A stretch of 64,000 bases of DNA, from IMG/VR virus record IMGVR_UViG_3300006927_000005; one strand, given 5' to 3'. Below are positions 40,944-50,776 of this stretch, one piece after another. This stretch comes from an uncultured virus (IMG/VR IMGVR_UViG_3300006927_000005). Its lineage: Duplodnaviria; Heunggongvirae; Uroviricota; Caudoviricetes. The stretch's first letter is position 1; every line of letters starts with the position of its first letter. A program made the translations under genes and the position numbers. The notes below the pieces were generated by a model that was given only the letters and a program-made list of their open reading frames with translations, did no database searches and was not told where the DNA came from.

Positions 40944-41913
40944 TATACCACATTATAGTGTGCTTTAAATCATTTTCAAATGTTTTCTGAGTTACGGAGA
41001 ATTCTAATTGGTCTCCTGATTGAATCATCATTGATCGATACATTGAATCTCTTAAACTATATCTAATGTCATGACCTTTTCTATCTTCAACAAAACTAAT
41101 AAAACTTGTTGATGTATTTAATATTTTTAACACAAGATATACGACGTCAATATTAGGTATTTCTGAATGGTATTCTGAGGCAGGCGCAAGATTATATATT
41201 TGTCCTGCAGTCCCACGTGTTAATACGTTATAGAGTTTTTCGCAATGATCTTTGACGTATATCCATTGACGTATATTAACACCCTCTCCATATACTGGAA
41301 TTGGTTCGTTATTATTAGCTTTTTGTATGACAACTGGTATAAACTTTTCAGTGTATTGTCTTGGGCCGAAGTTATTTGTACATCTTGTTATAATAATATC
41401 TTTTTTGTATGTTTTATGAAATGATAATGCTAGTAAATCAGCGCCAGCTTTTGTTGCTGAATATATTGACGATGGTTCTAATAAACTATATTCTTCGCTT
41501 GGTTCAGAATTAAGTTGTAAACTGCCATATACTTCATCTGTACCTACTTGAAGAAACCTTGTATTGTCGGGTAATTGTTTTAATAATTCATATACACCTA
41601 CATAATTACTATCTATAAAGATATCGCCAGCTTTGATACTATTATCTACATGAGACTCTGCAGCGAAATTTACAATATAATCATATTCTTTATCTAATTT
41701 AAAATCTGAGATGCTTACATATATTATATCTAATTTATTACTAGATTTCTTATACATGTCCCATAGATAGTCTTCTGTTTTTTCAGATACACAATATGCA
41801 TAACTATCTATTATTGTTATTTTGCAATTTTTACATTTTTTATCCAGTAATTCGACGAAGTGACTCCCAATAAATCCTAAGCCACCTGTTACTAAAATAC
41901 TTTTATCCTTCAT
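40915..41913 (-). CDS. rfbB: dTDP-glucose 4,6-dehydratase (RmlB)
   Basis: VTGGLGFIGSHF, NFAAESHVD, TDEVYG, YSATKA, NNFGPRQ, DRKGHDIRYS. Confidence 0.93.
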   Translation of the reverse strand: MKDKSILVTGGLGFIGSHFVELLDKKCKNCKITIIDSYAYCVSEKTEDYLWDMYKKSSNKLDIIYVSISDFKLDKEYDYIVNFAAESHVDNSIKAGDIFIDSNYVGVYELLKQLPDNTRFLQVGTDEVYGSLQLNSEPSEEYSLLEPSSIYSATKAGADLLALSFHKTYKKDIIITRCTNNFGPRQYTEKFIPVVIQKANNNEPIPVYGEGVNIRQWIYVKDHCEKLYNVLTRGTAGQIYNLAPASEYHSEIPNIDVVYLVLKILNTSTSFISFVEDRKGHDIRYSLRDSMYRSMMIQSGDQLEFSVTQKTFENDLKHTIMWYIENAHWWNK

Positions 41914-42823
41914 CTGCTAGCTCTTTCGTGAGGTAGGTTTCTTTTTCACTCAATATTCTCATTAACGCATCTCGCTCCTGTGGCATATCTAATCCGTATA
42001 CTTTTAATTTATCTGTTGATAGAATACAATTAGATCTATTAGCAACAATATGTTGTTTTAATTCATCGTAATTAATAAATTTCCAATTTGGATTCCATAG
42101 TCCATGTTTATCTAAGATTTCACAAACTTGTTTTGTTGAAAGAGGTGCAGGATTAACACAGTTATATACACCTCCTGGTAGGTCATGAATATTAATAATT
42201 TTATTAATTACAAGAAGTAGATCTTCAATAACAGTTTTAGAGTTTACTTCATCGAGAATATTATTATATTTTAAAATTTTACTTAAGTAATTTTTTTGTG
42301 AATTAAAGTCATTGCAAACTGGCATTCTTATTCTCAATGTATAAACATTATCAAAGTTGTGTAAGCATAATTCTGCTGCATGCTTTGTTTTACTATACCA
42401 ACTACTATCAGAGTTAAGCAATCCAAAGTTTGGTTCATCATCTTCTGTATAAAGCGTGTCTTGTGGACCGTCATATATGCAGCCAGAGCTGATATTGATA
42501 ACTTTTATATGATGTTGCTTACAAAATTGAGCTAAAATAGTAGGAAACGTTACATTTAAATCCCAGCAAATCTGTTTATTTTCCTCACAGGCATCTACAT
42601 TTGGACTTCCAGTATATCCGACACAATTAATTATCCATTTAGCGTCACATCCTTTAATTTCATTTAATATGTTATTAAATAATGTTTCTTTTAATTTTCC
42701 GGGGGTCGTATACGGGTAATGACATAAACGAACTACGTCATGTATATCTCCCGAGGTATCCAAAAAGTGTTTGTATGCTTTTTGGCCAATATAACCGTTT
42801 CCTAAAACAATTATCTTATTCAT
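41903..42823 (-). CDS. NDP-4-keto-6-deoxyglucose reductase, RmlD family, NRS/ER-like (possible bifunctional 3,5-epimerase/4-reductase)
   Basis: GNGYIG, GYTGSPNVDACE, SSGCIY, EDDEPNF, YSKTK, LRIRMP. Confidence 0.8.
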   Translation of the reverse strand: MNKIIVLGNGYIGQKAYKHFLDTSGDIHDVVRLCHYPYTTPGKLKETLFNNILNEIKGCDAKWIINCVGYTGSPNVDACEENKQICWDLNVTFPTILAQFCKQHHIKVINISSGCIYDGPQDTLYTEDDEPNFGLLNSDSSWYSKTKHAAELCLHNFDNVYTLRIRMPVCNDFNSQKNYLSKILKYNNILDEVNSKTVIEDLLLVINKIINIHDLPGGVYNCVNPAPLSTKQVCEILDKHGLWNPNWKFINYDELKQHIVANRSNCILSTDKLKVYGLDMPQERDALMRILSEKETYLTKELADEG

Positions 42824-43130
42824 TTTTAGTATTTGTTTGTTCTTGTATGTCTTTGAAGAAATCTAAACTAGATACTCTTCTTAGTAAAGTTTCTATAGCA
42901 TCATAATCTTGAGGCGTTTTTCCTGAAATAAGTAATACACTATCACCTCTGATATCATATCCTACTAATATAAATGATTTTAAATGTTCAATTAAATAAT
43001 CATTAATAGACGACATGTCCTGTTCATTGATATCAGTTGACTCAATTGCATTAATATTTGATTTTAATAAACTATCGAAATTTCGGCGTTTAGGTGTTGG
43101 TTTCTTCATTAGGGGTAATATCTTTTTCAA
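42816..43130 (-). CDS. hypothetical protein
   Basis: 104-aa ORF in the operon. Confidence 0.55.
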   Translation of the reverse strand: MKKILPLMKKPTPKRRNFDSLLKSNINAIESTDINEQDMSSINDYLIEHLKSFILVGYDIRGDSVLLISGKTPQDYDAIETLLRRVSSLDFFKDIQEQTNTKNE

Positions 43131-43398
43131 TTAATTTAGTTATAATTACTTCCATGCTATCTGTTCTTAATTGAAAGTTTTTAAAATGATTGCCGTCGTG
43201 TAATTCAAATTTAAAATCCCCGCTCCAATCATAATTAACATAACAAGTTATATATAAAGCGGCAATTTCAGGGTTAACCATTATTGTCCATCTACGTGGA
43301 TCTTGACTTGAATAATCTGAAAAAATTCTGTTGACAGTATATCCATTATCTCTTAAACGCTTAATAAAATAACCGCATGTAGTAACTTTATTTTTCAT
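43090..43398 (-). CDS. hypothetical protein
   Basis: 102 aa, coupled to the clamp gene (TAATG). Confidence 0.6.
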   Translation of the reverse strand: MKNKVTTCGYFIKRLRDNGYTVNRIFSDYSSQDPRRWTIMVNPEIAALYITCYVNYDWSGDFKFELHDGNHFKNFQLRTDSMEVIITKLIEKDITPNEETNT

Positions 43399-44129
43399 TA
43401 ATTCTTATAACTAGTACTAATGAATGTGAGGTTACTATTTTCAAGTTCTAGTTTAATCATAAGCATTTTATATTCATTATTTATATATATGGTAGACTCC
43501 GAGAAACTTAATGTAGATATAAGTCTAAATAATTCTATATCTAAAATTAATTCATAATTTAAGTCTTCTCCGTTATATTCATCTGCTAATAAAGTCGTAT
43601 AACTATCTACGTTTTGTAGTTTTTTATCTGATAGTTCAGCATATACATTTGTATTTTCAGTTTTAATATATATCTTACTTGATTCAGTTACAAACGGTAG
43701 TGCTTTTAATATTGAATTATTTTTTTCTTTTGTTAATTTGAAATTAGTACCGAATGTAATATTGTCTATTTTATTAAAATCAAACGCGCTATTATTAGTT
43801 AAACTATCATCAAATAAATGATATGTAAATCTGTTAATATTACTATTATATTTTATGCAATTTTCTTCTATTTCGAGATGTATATCATCTTCATCTAAAC
43901 AAGATAAGATTTTAGTTAATTTTATTGTATCTGGTAGACATATTGTACCTTCTTCAGGGTCATCATCCCATTCGACTTTATATTCTGCTTTAAGAAAAAT
44001 ATTAGAATTATTATGTACTATAGTAGATATAGTGCCGTGTATATCTAATGTCGCAGATGAGTTTAATCTCGATACCGGATTAAGAAAATTTTGAATAAAA
44101 TTATCTTTATTCTTTACTGGTAGAATCAT
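43398..44129 (-). CDS. DNA sliding clamp (gp45/PCNA-like)
   Basis: 243 aa with a two-domain beta-alpha-beta pattern; near SSB in the replication block. Confidence 0.6.
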   Translation of the reverse strand: MILPVKNKDNFIQNFLNPVSRLNSSATLDIHGTISTIVHNNSNIFLKAEYKVEWDDDPEEGTICLPDTIKLTKILSCLDEDDIHLEIEENCIKYNSNINRFTYHLFDDSLTNNSAFDFNKIDNITFGTNFKLTKEKNNSILKALPFVTESSKIYIKTENTNVYAELSDKKLQNVDSYTTLLADEYNGEDLNYELILDIELFRLISTLSFSESTIYINNEYKMLMIKLELENSNLTFISTSYKN

Positions 44130-44475
44130 TATTTAATTTGATTCGTATATTAATTTCTTTTGCGTTTCGCGCAACTTGTTTTTCAATTAAGTTTACAAAT
44201 TTAGTAATGTGCTTTTCAACAGAAGATACCCGCTCTATTAGGTTATTTAATAGAGCGGGATCTGTGTTAATTTGAGGTTGTGGTGGAACGTGTACCTGTT
44301 GAGCTGGTACAGCTTGTATTTGCGGGTTATGTTGGGGTCTTTCCGGCGTATAACAATCTTTAGATAGAGGTATATCTTGCATAGTAGCACTTTTTTGTAC
44401 AATACCTTTATTTAAACTAAAGGCTTGTGCATTTAATCCATGCATGAATGATTTTATTTCACCATCTTGTTCCAT
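44107..44475 (-). CDS. hypothetical protein
   Basis: 122 aa with Q/P-rich linker and coiled-coil C-terminus. Confidence 0.55.
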   Translation of the reverse strand: MEQDGEIKSFMHGLNAQAFSLNKGIVQKSATMQDIPLSKDCYTPERPQHNPQIQAVPAQQVHVPPQPQINTDPALLNNLIERVSSVEKHITKFVNLIEKQVARNAKEINIRIKLNNDSTSKE

Positions 44476-44478
44476 TTT

Positions 44479-45339
44479 TTAGTCTAAACTATCAAGTAAT
44501 TCTTTTACTTTATTATCATCAACCGCTGGATCAGAGTCTTTCTTATCTGATGTCTCTAAATCGTCAAAATTTAGATCATCTTCCTCTTCATCAGAGGAAC
44601 CAGTTGTTGATTCTTTTGTGGTATCTCCTGTTACAGATTCTTCAGTTTCACCATGATAATGTTCATTGAGCATTGTTTGCAATTCATCGTAACTTTTGAC
44701 AGGAAATACATTTTCTAGATCGATTGTATTCTCGTAAATATCTTTAATACTATCAGCTGCTACACCAGTAATTTTCGAAGGAGTTTGAAACCGAGAGCTA
44801 ACATACGTTGGATATCCTCCTTGTTCCTCTACTTTGACTCGAAAATTACATCCGTCTTTTGAAAGATCAAAAATACGCTCACCAAATTCATCTGCATCTT
44901 CTCCTTCCATTGCTTCCATAATAATTTTATGTAATTGTCTTCCGAATCGAAGAATTTTAACTTTACCTTCATTCTCTGGATTGTCAGGGTCTTTAACAAC
45001 ATAAACATTAACTAACCAATTTTCTTTACGATTTAAAGATTTAGCTTTTTGTTTCTCTTCTTCCGAGCCAGTCCGTGATAACCTATACCGAGCTTCAGCA
45101 ATCGGATCTCTATCACCCCAAGTTTGAGGGCTAATTGCACTTTGAAATTGACCAGTCATTTCACTAACCCATCCATGTGAGTAATAATGAAAAAATGTCT
45201 TACTAGGATCTTTTACAAAAGGTACTAATCGTAGTGTATACGTATTACCCGGCTTTAATCGCATAATATTACTAGTTGTATTTTGTTGCGTGGACTTCGC
45301 CATCGCTCCTTTAATAGATTCAAACATATTCGTTGTCAT
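44479..45339 (-). CDS. single-stranded DNA-binding protein (gp32-like)
   Basis: LRLVP, NVYVVKDPDNPENEGKVKILRFG, FDLSKDGCNFRVK, YVSSRF, acidic tail. Confidence 0.9.
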   Translation of the reverse strand: MTTNMFESIKGAMAKSTQQNTTSNIMRLKPGNTYTLRLVPFVKDPSKTFFHYYSHGWVSEMTGQFQSAISPQTWGDRDPIAEARYRLSRTGSEEEKQKAKSLNRKENWLVNVYVVKDPDNPENEGKVKILRFGRQLHKIIMEAMEGEDADEFGERIFDLSKDGCNFRVKVEEQGGYPTYVSSRFQTPSKITGVAADSIKDIYENTIDLENVFPVKSYDELQTMLNEHYHGETEESVTGDTTKESTTGSSDEEEDDLNFDDLETSDKKDSDPAVDDNKVKELLDSLD

Positions 45340-45977
45340 TTTATTTTTAATATTTTATTTATTGTTTTAATTAATTTTATTCCCAATGGTTTGATTTTTT
45401 TCGAAAACGTATATCTCGATCTCAAACTACTTAAAGTATTATAAAAGCTATCACATACAAATTCAACTATATTTTTTTCAAGATTAATATTTTTCTCTGA
45501 TACATCTAGAGCTAATAAACAATAATAACTAATATCGTCTTTTTTTAGATCTAAAATAAAATCAGGATATATGCCTTTTTGGATATTTAAATATTCTCTA
45601 CAGTTTGTTAGTTTATGTTCTACGCATTTATCATAGATGAATTTAAAGCTGTTTCTTAGTTTAGTGATATTAAATTGATCATCAGGCATAGTTAATTCTA
45701 TTTCTTTTATATATGTCTTATATGTAGAAATAGCTCGAAACGTATTATAAAATTCAAACGGCACGTATTTCTCTGAATATAATTTATAAGGCGCACTGAA
45801 AAATAAATTCGGATCTATTTTTTTATTTTTTAATGTCAGTGATATTTTTTTAAGTAATACGTATTTTTTATCGTCTAGATTGTCGAATTTTTTTCGTGGT
45901 GTAAACCCTTTCTTATTTCTTGAAGTCTTAAGATACGTATTATATATAGATTGCTCAAACATTGACAATTCGATCAT
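45336..45977 (-). CDS. hypothetical protein, possibly helicase loader (gp59-like)
   Basis: Basic 213-aa protein just upstream of gp32, as gp59 is in T4; synteny only. Confidence 0.35.
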   Translation of the reverse strand: MIELSMFEQSIYNTYLKTSRNKKGFTPRKKFDNLDDKKYVLLKKISLTLKNKKIDPNLFFSAPYKLYSEKYVPFEFYNTFRAISTYKTYIKEIELTMPDDQFNITKLRNSFKFIYDKCVEHKLTNCREYLNIQKGIYPDFILDLKKDDISYYCLLALDVSEKNINLEKNIVEFVCDSFYNTLSSLRSRYTFSKKIKPLGIKLIKTINKILKIK

Positions 45978-46249
45978 AGGTTTATAGAATTTTTTTTGAG
46001 ATATTTAGTAATGTATTTACTTTTATATAAATATGGATCGTGTTGTAAGAAGGTTTTTACTAATTGAAAGTTACTATCTACTAATAATAGTTCTTTAAAT
46101 AGTTGTCTATATTTTTCTTCTTTTAATACTAATAAAAATACATTTGCAAGGTTAATTTTTCTATTTTCACATATAGAAACAAAACTACATAATGTTAGAA
46201 ATTGATGTATAATGTCTTTTTTTTCTAAAATCGTATACGGGGTTTCCAT
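45974..46249 (-). CDS. hypothetical protein
   Basis: 91 aa, coupled to both neighbours. Confidence 0.55.
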   Translation of the reverse strand: METPYTILEKKDIIHQFLTLCSFVSICENRKINLANVFLLVLKEEKYRQLFKELLLVDSNFQLVKTFLQHDPYLYKSKYITKYLKKNSINL

Positions 46250-47145
46250 TATTTTATATTTAACGGTTCAAACTGTTTACTTAAAGTAAGTACATTATCA
46301 TTTAATATTCCGCCGGCCGCATATTCATGACCTCCTCCATTACATATTTTTTTAGCGAATGTGCTTAGATTAAAATCTATATCTCTTTTTCTCCGTAAAT
46401 ATACTCTATTATTTTTTAAATTAATCATCATGCAAACATCACATTTATATTCATCAACTATATATTGCCCTAAATCATTGATATATTCACTTGCAAACGT
46501 ACTAATAAAATTATAATCTTTACCGGATATAGAAAGCTTTGCCTGAAATAGGTTTATATTTTCTCTCATTTTTTTAAACTTGTAAAAATGATAACTAATT
46601 ATTTTATTTTGTTCATTAGTAAATCCAAAAAAACCATTTTCAAAGTCATTAATAAAATTCTGTAATTTATCACCATTTTTATACCAAAGTAAAAAATTTA
46701 ACTTATTACTCTCAGGAAATTTTAATTCATAACAATCGTAATCATTAGCAAATGCAATTAACTTTTTTTGCTCTACGGTTAGATTTACATCCGGGTATAT
46801 GTGACTTAATGTTTTATATAAATGCTTGCTGCATGATGTTTGATTTACGTCAATATATGCTCTTGCGTGTGAGTACTCGTCTTTATGCGATTTGTGATGA
46901 TCAAAGATAATTACATTACTCTTATCTATTAGATCTTTTATTTCAGTTGTATCTAAATCAAAGAAATATACTCTTTTATAATCTTCAATTTTATTGCGAG
47001 TAAGCCATCCTAGAAGTTTTTCGCGTATATTAGAAACTTTTAATGTTACAGCTTTTGGTTTGGGTCGCTTAAACCAAGTATAGATTAAATAGCTGCAGCA
47101 GCCATCAAAATCTAAGTCTGTGAAAATTATTTCTTCATTAGACAT
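46249..47145 (-). CDS. DHH/DHHA1 family phosphoesterase
   Basis: DLDFDG, FFDL, FDHH, GGGHEYAAG. Confidence 0.85.
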   Translation of the reverse strand: MSNEEIIFTDLDFDGCCSYLIYTWFKRPKPKAVTLKVSNIREKLLGWLTRNKIEDYKRVYFFDLDTTEIKDLIDKSNVIIFDHHKSHKDEYSHARAYIDVNQTSCSKHLYKTLSHIYPDVNLTVEQKKLIAFANDYDCYELKFPESNKLNFLLWYKNGDKLQNFINDFENGFFGFTNEQNKIISYHFYKFKKMRENINLFQAKLSISGKDYNFISTFASEYINDLGQYIVDEYKCDVCMMINLKNNRVYLRRKRDIDFNLSTFAKKICNGGGHEYAAGGILNDNVLTLSKQFEPLNIK

Positions 47146-47154
47146 TGTATATAT

Positions 47155-48501
47155 TTACATTACTCTTCCGAATTGTACAGCGTCATTTTCCGCAGTATTA
47201 ACATCTTCATTAATGTTTAAATCATTGTTCTCCATAAGAGTAAGAGTATTGTAATCTATAGAGATTCGAGTACTACCTGTATTAGAACCAAATCTATTTT
47301 TAATAATGCCCATATGTAGCGCATTATCTTCTTCATCTTCTTCTGTCCTCCAAATACTTACAATAACATCTGCTGTTGCTCCTAATCCATAACTTTCTCC
47401 AATAGCCTCTAATCCAGGAGCACTAGTAGTATTACCATACCCTGTTCTATTTACTTGTGTCGCAGATATAATTGGACATTCAAAAGTATATGACATTGCT
47501 CTTACTTGTTCGGAAATACTTTTAACACGTTCATATGAATTATTACCGTATGTACTTGCTAAGAGATTTAAATAATCTAGTACTATAATATCAGGTTTAA
47601 ATTTCTTATTAATTAATTTCTTAATAAACCCTTCAAGTTGCGGCGGTGTAATGGAGCTAGGAGCAAATTCTTTAATTATTATATTTGCTCTAGGGTGCGT
47701 CATTTTAAACTTCCCTACTTTTTCTTTTAATGTTTCTATATGTTCATCTAAATGATTTATCGGAAGGCCTGTAAGTTTTGATGTAATTCTCTTACAATAA
47801 ATCATTTCAGACATCTCAAGAGAAACTACTAATACATTTTTATCGGCAGCAGCGGCATTACTTGCTATATTACTTAAAAATATAGATTTACCTACATTTG
47901 TCGGTCCAGCAAAAATATACATACTACGTCCTAGCTCTAAAAACCCTCCTCCTAACCTAGTATCTAACCAATCCCAACCGGTTTTGATCGTTTCTTCGCG
48001 GGTTGTTAAATCAATAATATGTTGCTCAACATCTTTAAAATAATTATGACCTATGTTTGTAGTGAGAGAAATATTACATGCTTTTGAAAATTTGTCATGA
48101 ATACTTTTTACATCTCTCTCTTTATTATCAACGATTTCTAAAAATGTATTAAATACAGCTTGCTCTTGCAAGAACTTTTCTGTATAAGAGTATAAAATAT
48201 CGTTTGATAAATCTACTTCTAAAGTGTCAATAATTTTCTTACTTGCTTGATAATGACCTTTAAGCTCGGAGGTATTTAAATATATTTCTAATTCTGTATT
48301 TGTCGGTCGTCTGTTATTTCTTTTATATAGAGCCTGTATTATTTTAACTATTTGCTGAAAGTCTTTATTTTTGAAGAATTTATAATTAAGATTATCAATA
48401 ATAGAGTTTAGATACATTTCATCTTCAAGGCAGTTTTTAAAAACTACCTTTTCTAAATATTCTAAATCTATGTCTAAATAATTACTTTCGTTTGTTAGCA
48501 T
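47155..48501 (-). CDS. replicative DNA helicase (gp41/DnaB-like)
   Basis: GPTNVGKS, SLEMSE, VLDYLNL, SATQVNR, KNRFG. Confidence 0.93.
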   Translation of the reverse strand: MLTNESNYLDIDLEYLEKVVFKNCLEDEMYLNSIIDNLNYKFFKNKDFQQIVKIIQALYKRNNRRPTNTELEIYLNTSELKGHYQASKKIIDTLEVDLSNDILYSYTEKFLQEQAVFNTFLEIVDNKERDVKSIHDKFSKACNISLTTNIGHNYFKDVEQHIIDLTTREETIKTGWDWLDTRLGGGFLELGRSMYIFAGPTNVGKSIFLSNIASNAAAADKNVLVVSLEMSEMIYCKRITSKLTGLPINHLDEHIETLKEKVGKFKMTHPRANIIIKEFAPSSITPPQLEGFIKKLINKKFKPDIIVLDYLNLLASTYGNNSYERVKSISEQVRAMSYTFECPIISATQVNRTGYGNTTSAPGLEAIGESYGLGATADVIVSIWRTEEDEEDNALHMGIIKNRFGSNTGSTRISIDYNTLTLMENNDLNINEDVNTAENDAVQFGRVM

Positions 48502-49183
48502 GTTCTAACAGAGTATTATAGAAGTAGTCTTCTGATTTGCTATACTCTTCTGTGTGGTTAGTTAGACCAGGTGATTCGTGAACAACATGAATAGGGGCAG
48601 TAGTTAAGCGCAACCCAGCTAAATGACAATCTAAACAAAACTTTAAATCATAATGATGAAATCCTTTTATTTTAGTATCAAATTTTATTTTTTGTTTTGC
48701 GATTGATTTAGTTCGGACAGCTAAAAATACACCATCTAATAATATTACCTCTTTCGGTGTTTGTCCAAAGATTGTAGGACTATAATCTGTATTATTATGA
48801 TAATGTGATACTATTCCAGACAAGGTTTCTCTCTTACATAATAAATGCCATAAACACGGTTTTATGACTTGTAATTTGCTACCACCAGCAAGACCGACTA
48901 CATCAAATCCTTTCTTAAATAAATTACGAATTTCTACTAAGAAGTTTATACTATCAATAAATATATCATCGTGTACGAATAAAATACAATCATATTTTTT
49001 TAAATTTTCCGGGATGAGGTAGTTGTTATAAACGGCACACAACCCACTGGTGTTTTTATACGTAGGTTGTAAGTCAAAAGTAGTTATAGTGTTTTCTTCG
49101 TGATGAGTTAAACTTTTAGATAATCTTGTAGTTTTAAAACTAGATTCATCAGATTGAGTTGCAACTGCTATTAAAGTTTTCAT
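48482..49183 (-). CDS. glycosyltransferase, GT-A fold (GT2-like)
   Basis: YN...LFVHDD, VVGLAG, LDGVFLA, FHHYDLKFC, VVHES. Confidence 0.8.
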   Translation of the reverse strand: MKTLIAVATQSDESSFKTTRLSKSLTHHEENTITTFDLQPTYKNTSGLCAVYNNYLIPENLKKYDCILFVHDDIFIDSINFLVEIRNLFKKGFDVVGLAGGSKLQVIKPCLWHLLCKRETLSGIVSHYHNNTDYSPTIFGQTPKEVILLDGVFLAVRTKSIAKQKIKFDTKIKGFHHYDLKFCLDCHLAGLRLTTAPIHVVHESPGLTNHTEEYSKSEDYFYNTLLEHANKRK

Positions 49184-49818
49184 ATAAAGAATGGAGAATT
49201 TAATTCAAATTTTTGTTTTTCTAAAAATTTATTTTTACTAAAATTAAATTCATATATTATTCCTTCCGTCGCAGATTTCCAGTCAGGTATTTGTGCTGAA
49301 CTAAATGACGTATCATCTGTAAATAATGTAGATCCAGATCTAAAAACCTGTAATCTGCCCATGTTTGGCTCATACATCCAACATCCAAATGTACCTTTAA
49401 GCTCTGATAGTGCATTTTTAATACCAGACATATATATCAACGGTAATATTACACTACTATCTACCTTATTTGCTTTACCTTTAAGTTCATATTTTTCTGT
49501 TAATTCATTAAAATTTTGTAATACTCCGTTATGCGCTAAATATGTATTTTTATATATAAATGGGTGAGAGGTATCAGTATTGAATGTTCTAATTTTTGAT
49601 GTAGGAGATTGTACGTGCCCTAGATAATATATACAAAAAGGATTTTCTTTTATAGGTTTATCGAAATCTTGTTCGTGTTTTATTGCTACCTGAATGTTAT
49701 CTTTCATCCCTCCAGGGAACACCATTGTTATACTGCGTACAAAATTACCTCTTTCGGTGTTTTTTGTATATAATTCTCTAAAAGTTTTAACATCAGTTGA
49801 CCCAAAGATTCCACACAT
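49180..49818 (-). CDS. class II (Ntn) glutamine amidotransferase-like protein
   Basis: N-terminal MCGIFG, HPF, AHNGVL, VDS. Confidence 0.85.
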   Translation of the reverse strand: MCGIFGSTDVKTFRELYTKNTERGNFVRSITMVFPGGMKDNIQVAIKHEQDFDKPIKENPFCIYYLGHVQSPTSKIRTFNTDTSHPFIYKNTYLAHNGVLQNFNELTEKYELKGKANKVDSSVILPLIYMSGIKNALSELKGTFGCWMYEPNMGRLQVFRSGSTLFTDDTSFSSAQIPDWKSATEGIIYEFNFSKNKFLEKQKFELNSPFFI

Positions 49819-49819
49819 A

Positions 49820-50776
49820 TCACTTTAATTGTATGAACTTTACATCCGAAAAGCAACTTAAATCTTTACCACCTGCATAAGAAATAGAGCTTCTAAGTGC
49901 TTGTTGTATTTCTTGTAGTCGTACTTCGTATTCTGGTGCAAGCTCTAAGTCGACTTGTTTACCTTCAACAAAGTGTAATCTATCTCCTTTTTGTTTATAT
50001 GAGGTACTGCCGTAATATTCTTTTGCACCTCGAACGACTTTCGCAGGTGAATCTGCACATGGCGCAAAAAAAGAACCAGACATAACACAATCAGCACCTG
50101 CTACTAATGCCTTTGCAATATCACCAAAATGCTTACAGCCTCCATCAGCCATAATCTTAGCTGATTTTTTATGTGGAGCAATTTTAAGTAATGTTGAGAA
50201 CATAGGTGTTCCGAACCCTGTTTTAAATCTAGTTGTACATATAACTCCAGACCCGATACCGACTTTAACTACATCTGCTCCAGAGTCTTGTAATTGCTTA
50301 AATCCTTCAGCTGTACCTACGTTACCAGCAATAATTATTATATCTTTTTCAAAATATTTTTTAATGTATTTTATCATTGCTGTGACTTTAACATGGTGAC
50401 CGTGAGCTACGTCAATTGTGATAATGTCAATTTTATAATTATTATCTATAATTGATTGTAAATATTGATACGACTCTTCATTTACTCCTATACTAACACT
50501 CACACATTTACAACGGTAGTCATTAAGTTTTCGTACTGTTTCAAACATATCTTGAAACCGGTGCATTATATAAAAATAATTATCTCGATCTAATTGTTGG
50601 CATAAATTGAGATTTATTACTGTTTCCATATTAGATGGAACAATTGGTAATGAAAATTTCCATTTACCTAATTTAAATGTTGTATCGGCTTCTTTTCTAG
50701 AGCCTAAAAAACTATACTTCGGTACTAAAAGTACATCGGAATAATCTAGTTCACCATGGAATGTCTGTTCGCTCAT
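49820..50776 (-). CDS. guaC: GMP reductase
   Basis: IMPDH/GMPR barrel without CBS domains; IDVAHGH, AGNV, KVGIGSGVICTT, ADGG, VEGK, SSISYAGG. Confidence 0.85.
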   Translation of the reverse strand: MSEQTFHGELDYSDVLLVPKYSFLGSRKEADTTFKLGKWKFSLPIVPSNMETVINLNLCQQLDRDNYFYIMHRFQDMFETVRKLNDYRCKCVSVSIGVNEESYQYLQSIIDNNYKIDIITIDVAHGHHVKVTAMIKYIKKYFEKDIIIIAGNVGTAEGFKQLQDSGADVVKVGIGSGVICTTRFKTGFGTPMFSTLLKIAPHKKSAKIMADGGCKHFGDIAKALVAGADCVMSGSFFAPCADSPAKVVRGAKEYYGSTSYKQKGDRLHFVEGKQVDLELAPEYEVRLQEIQQALRSSISYAGGKDLSCFSDVKFIQLK

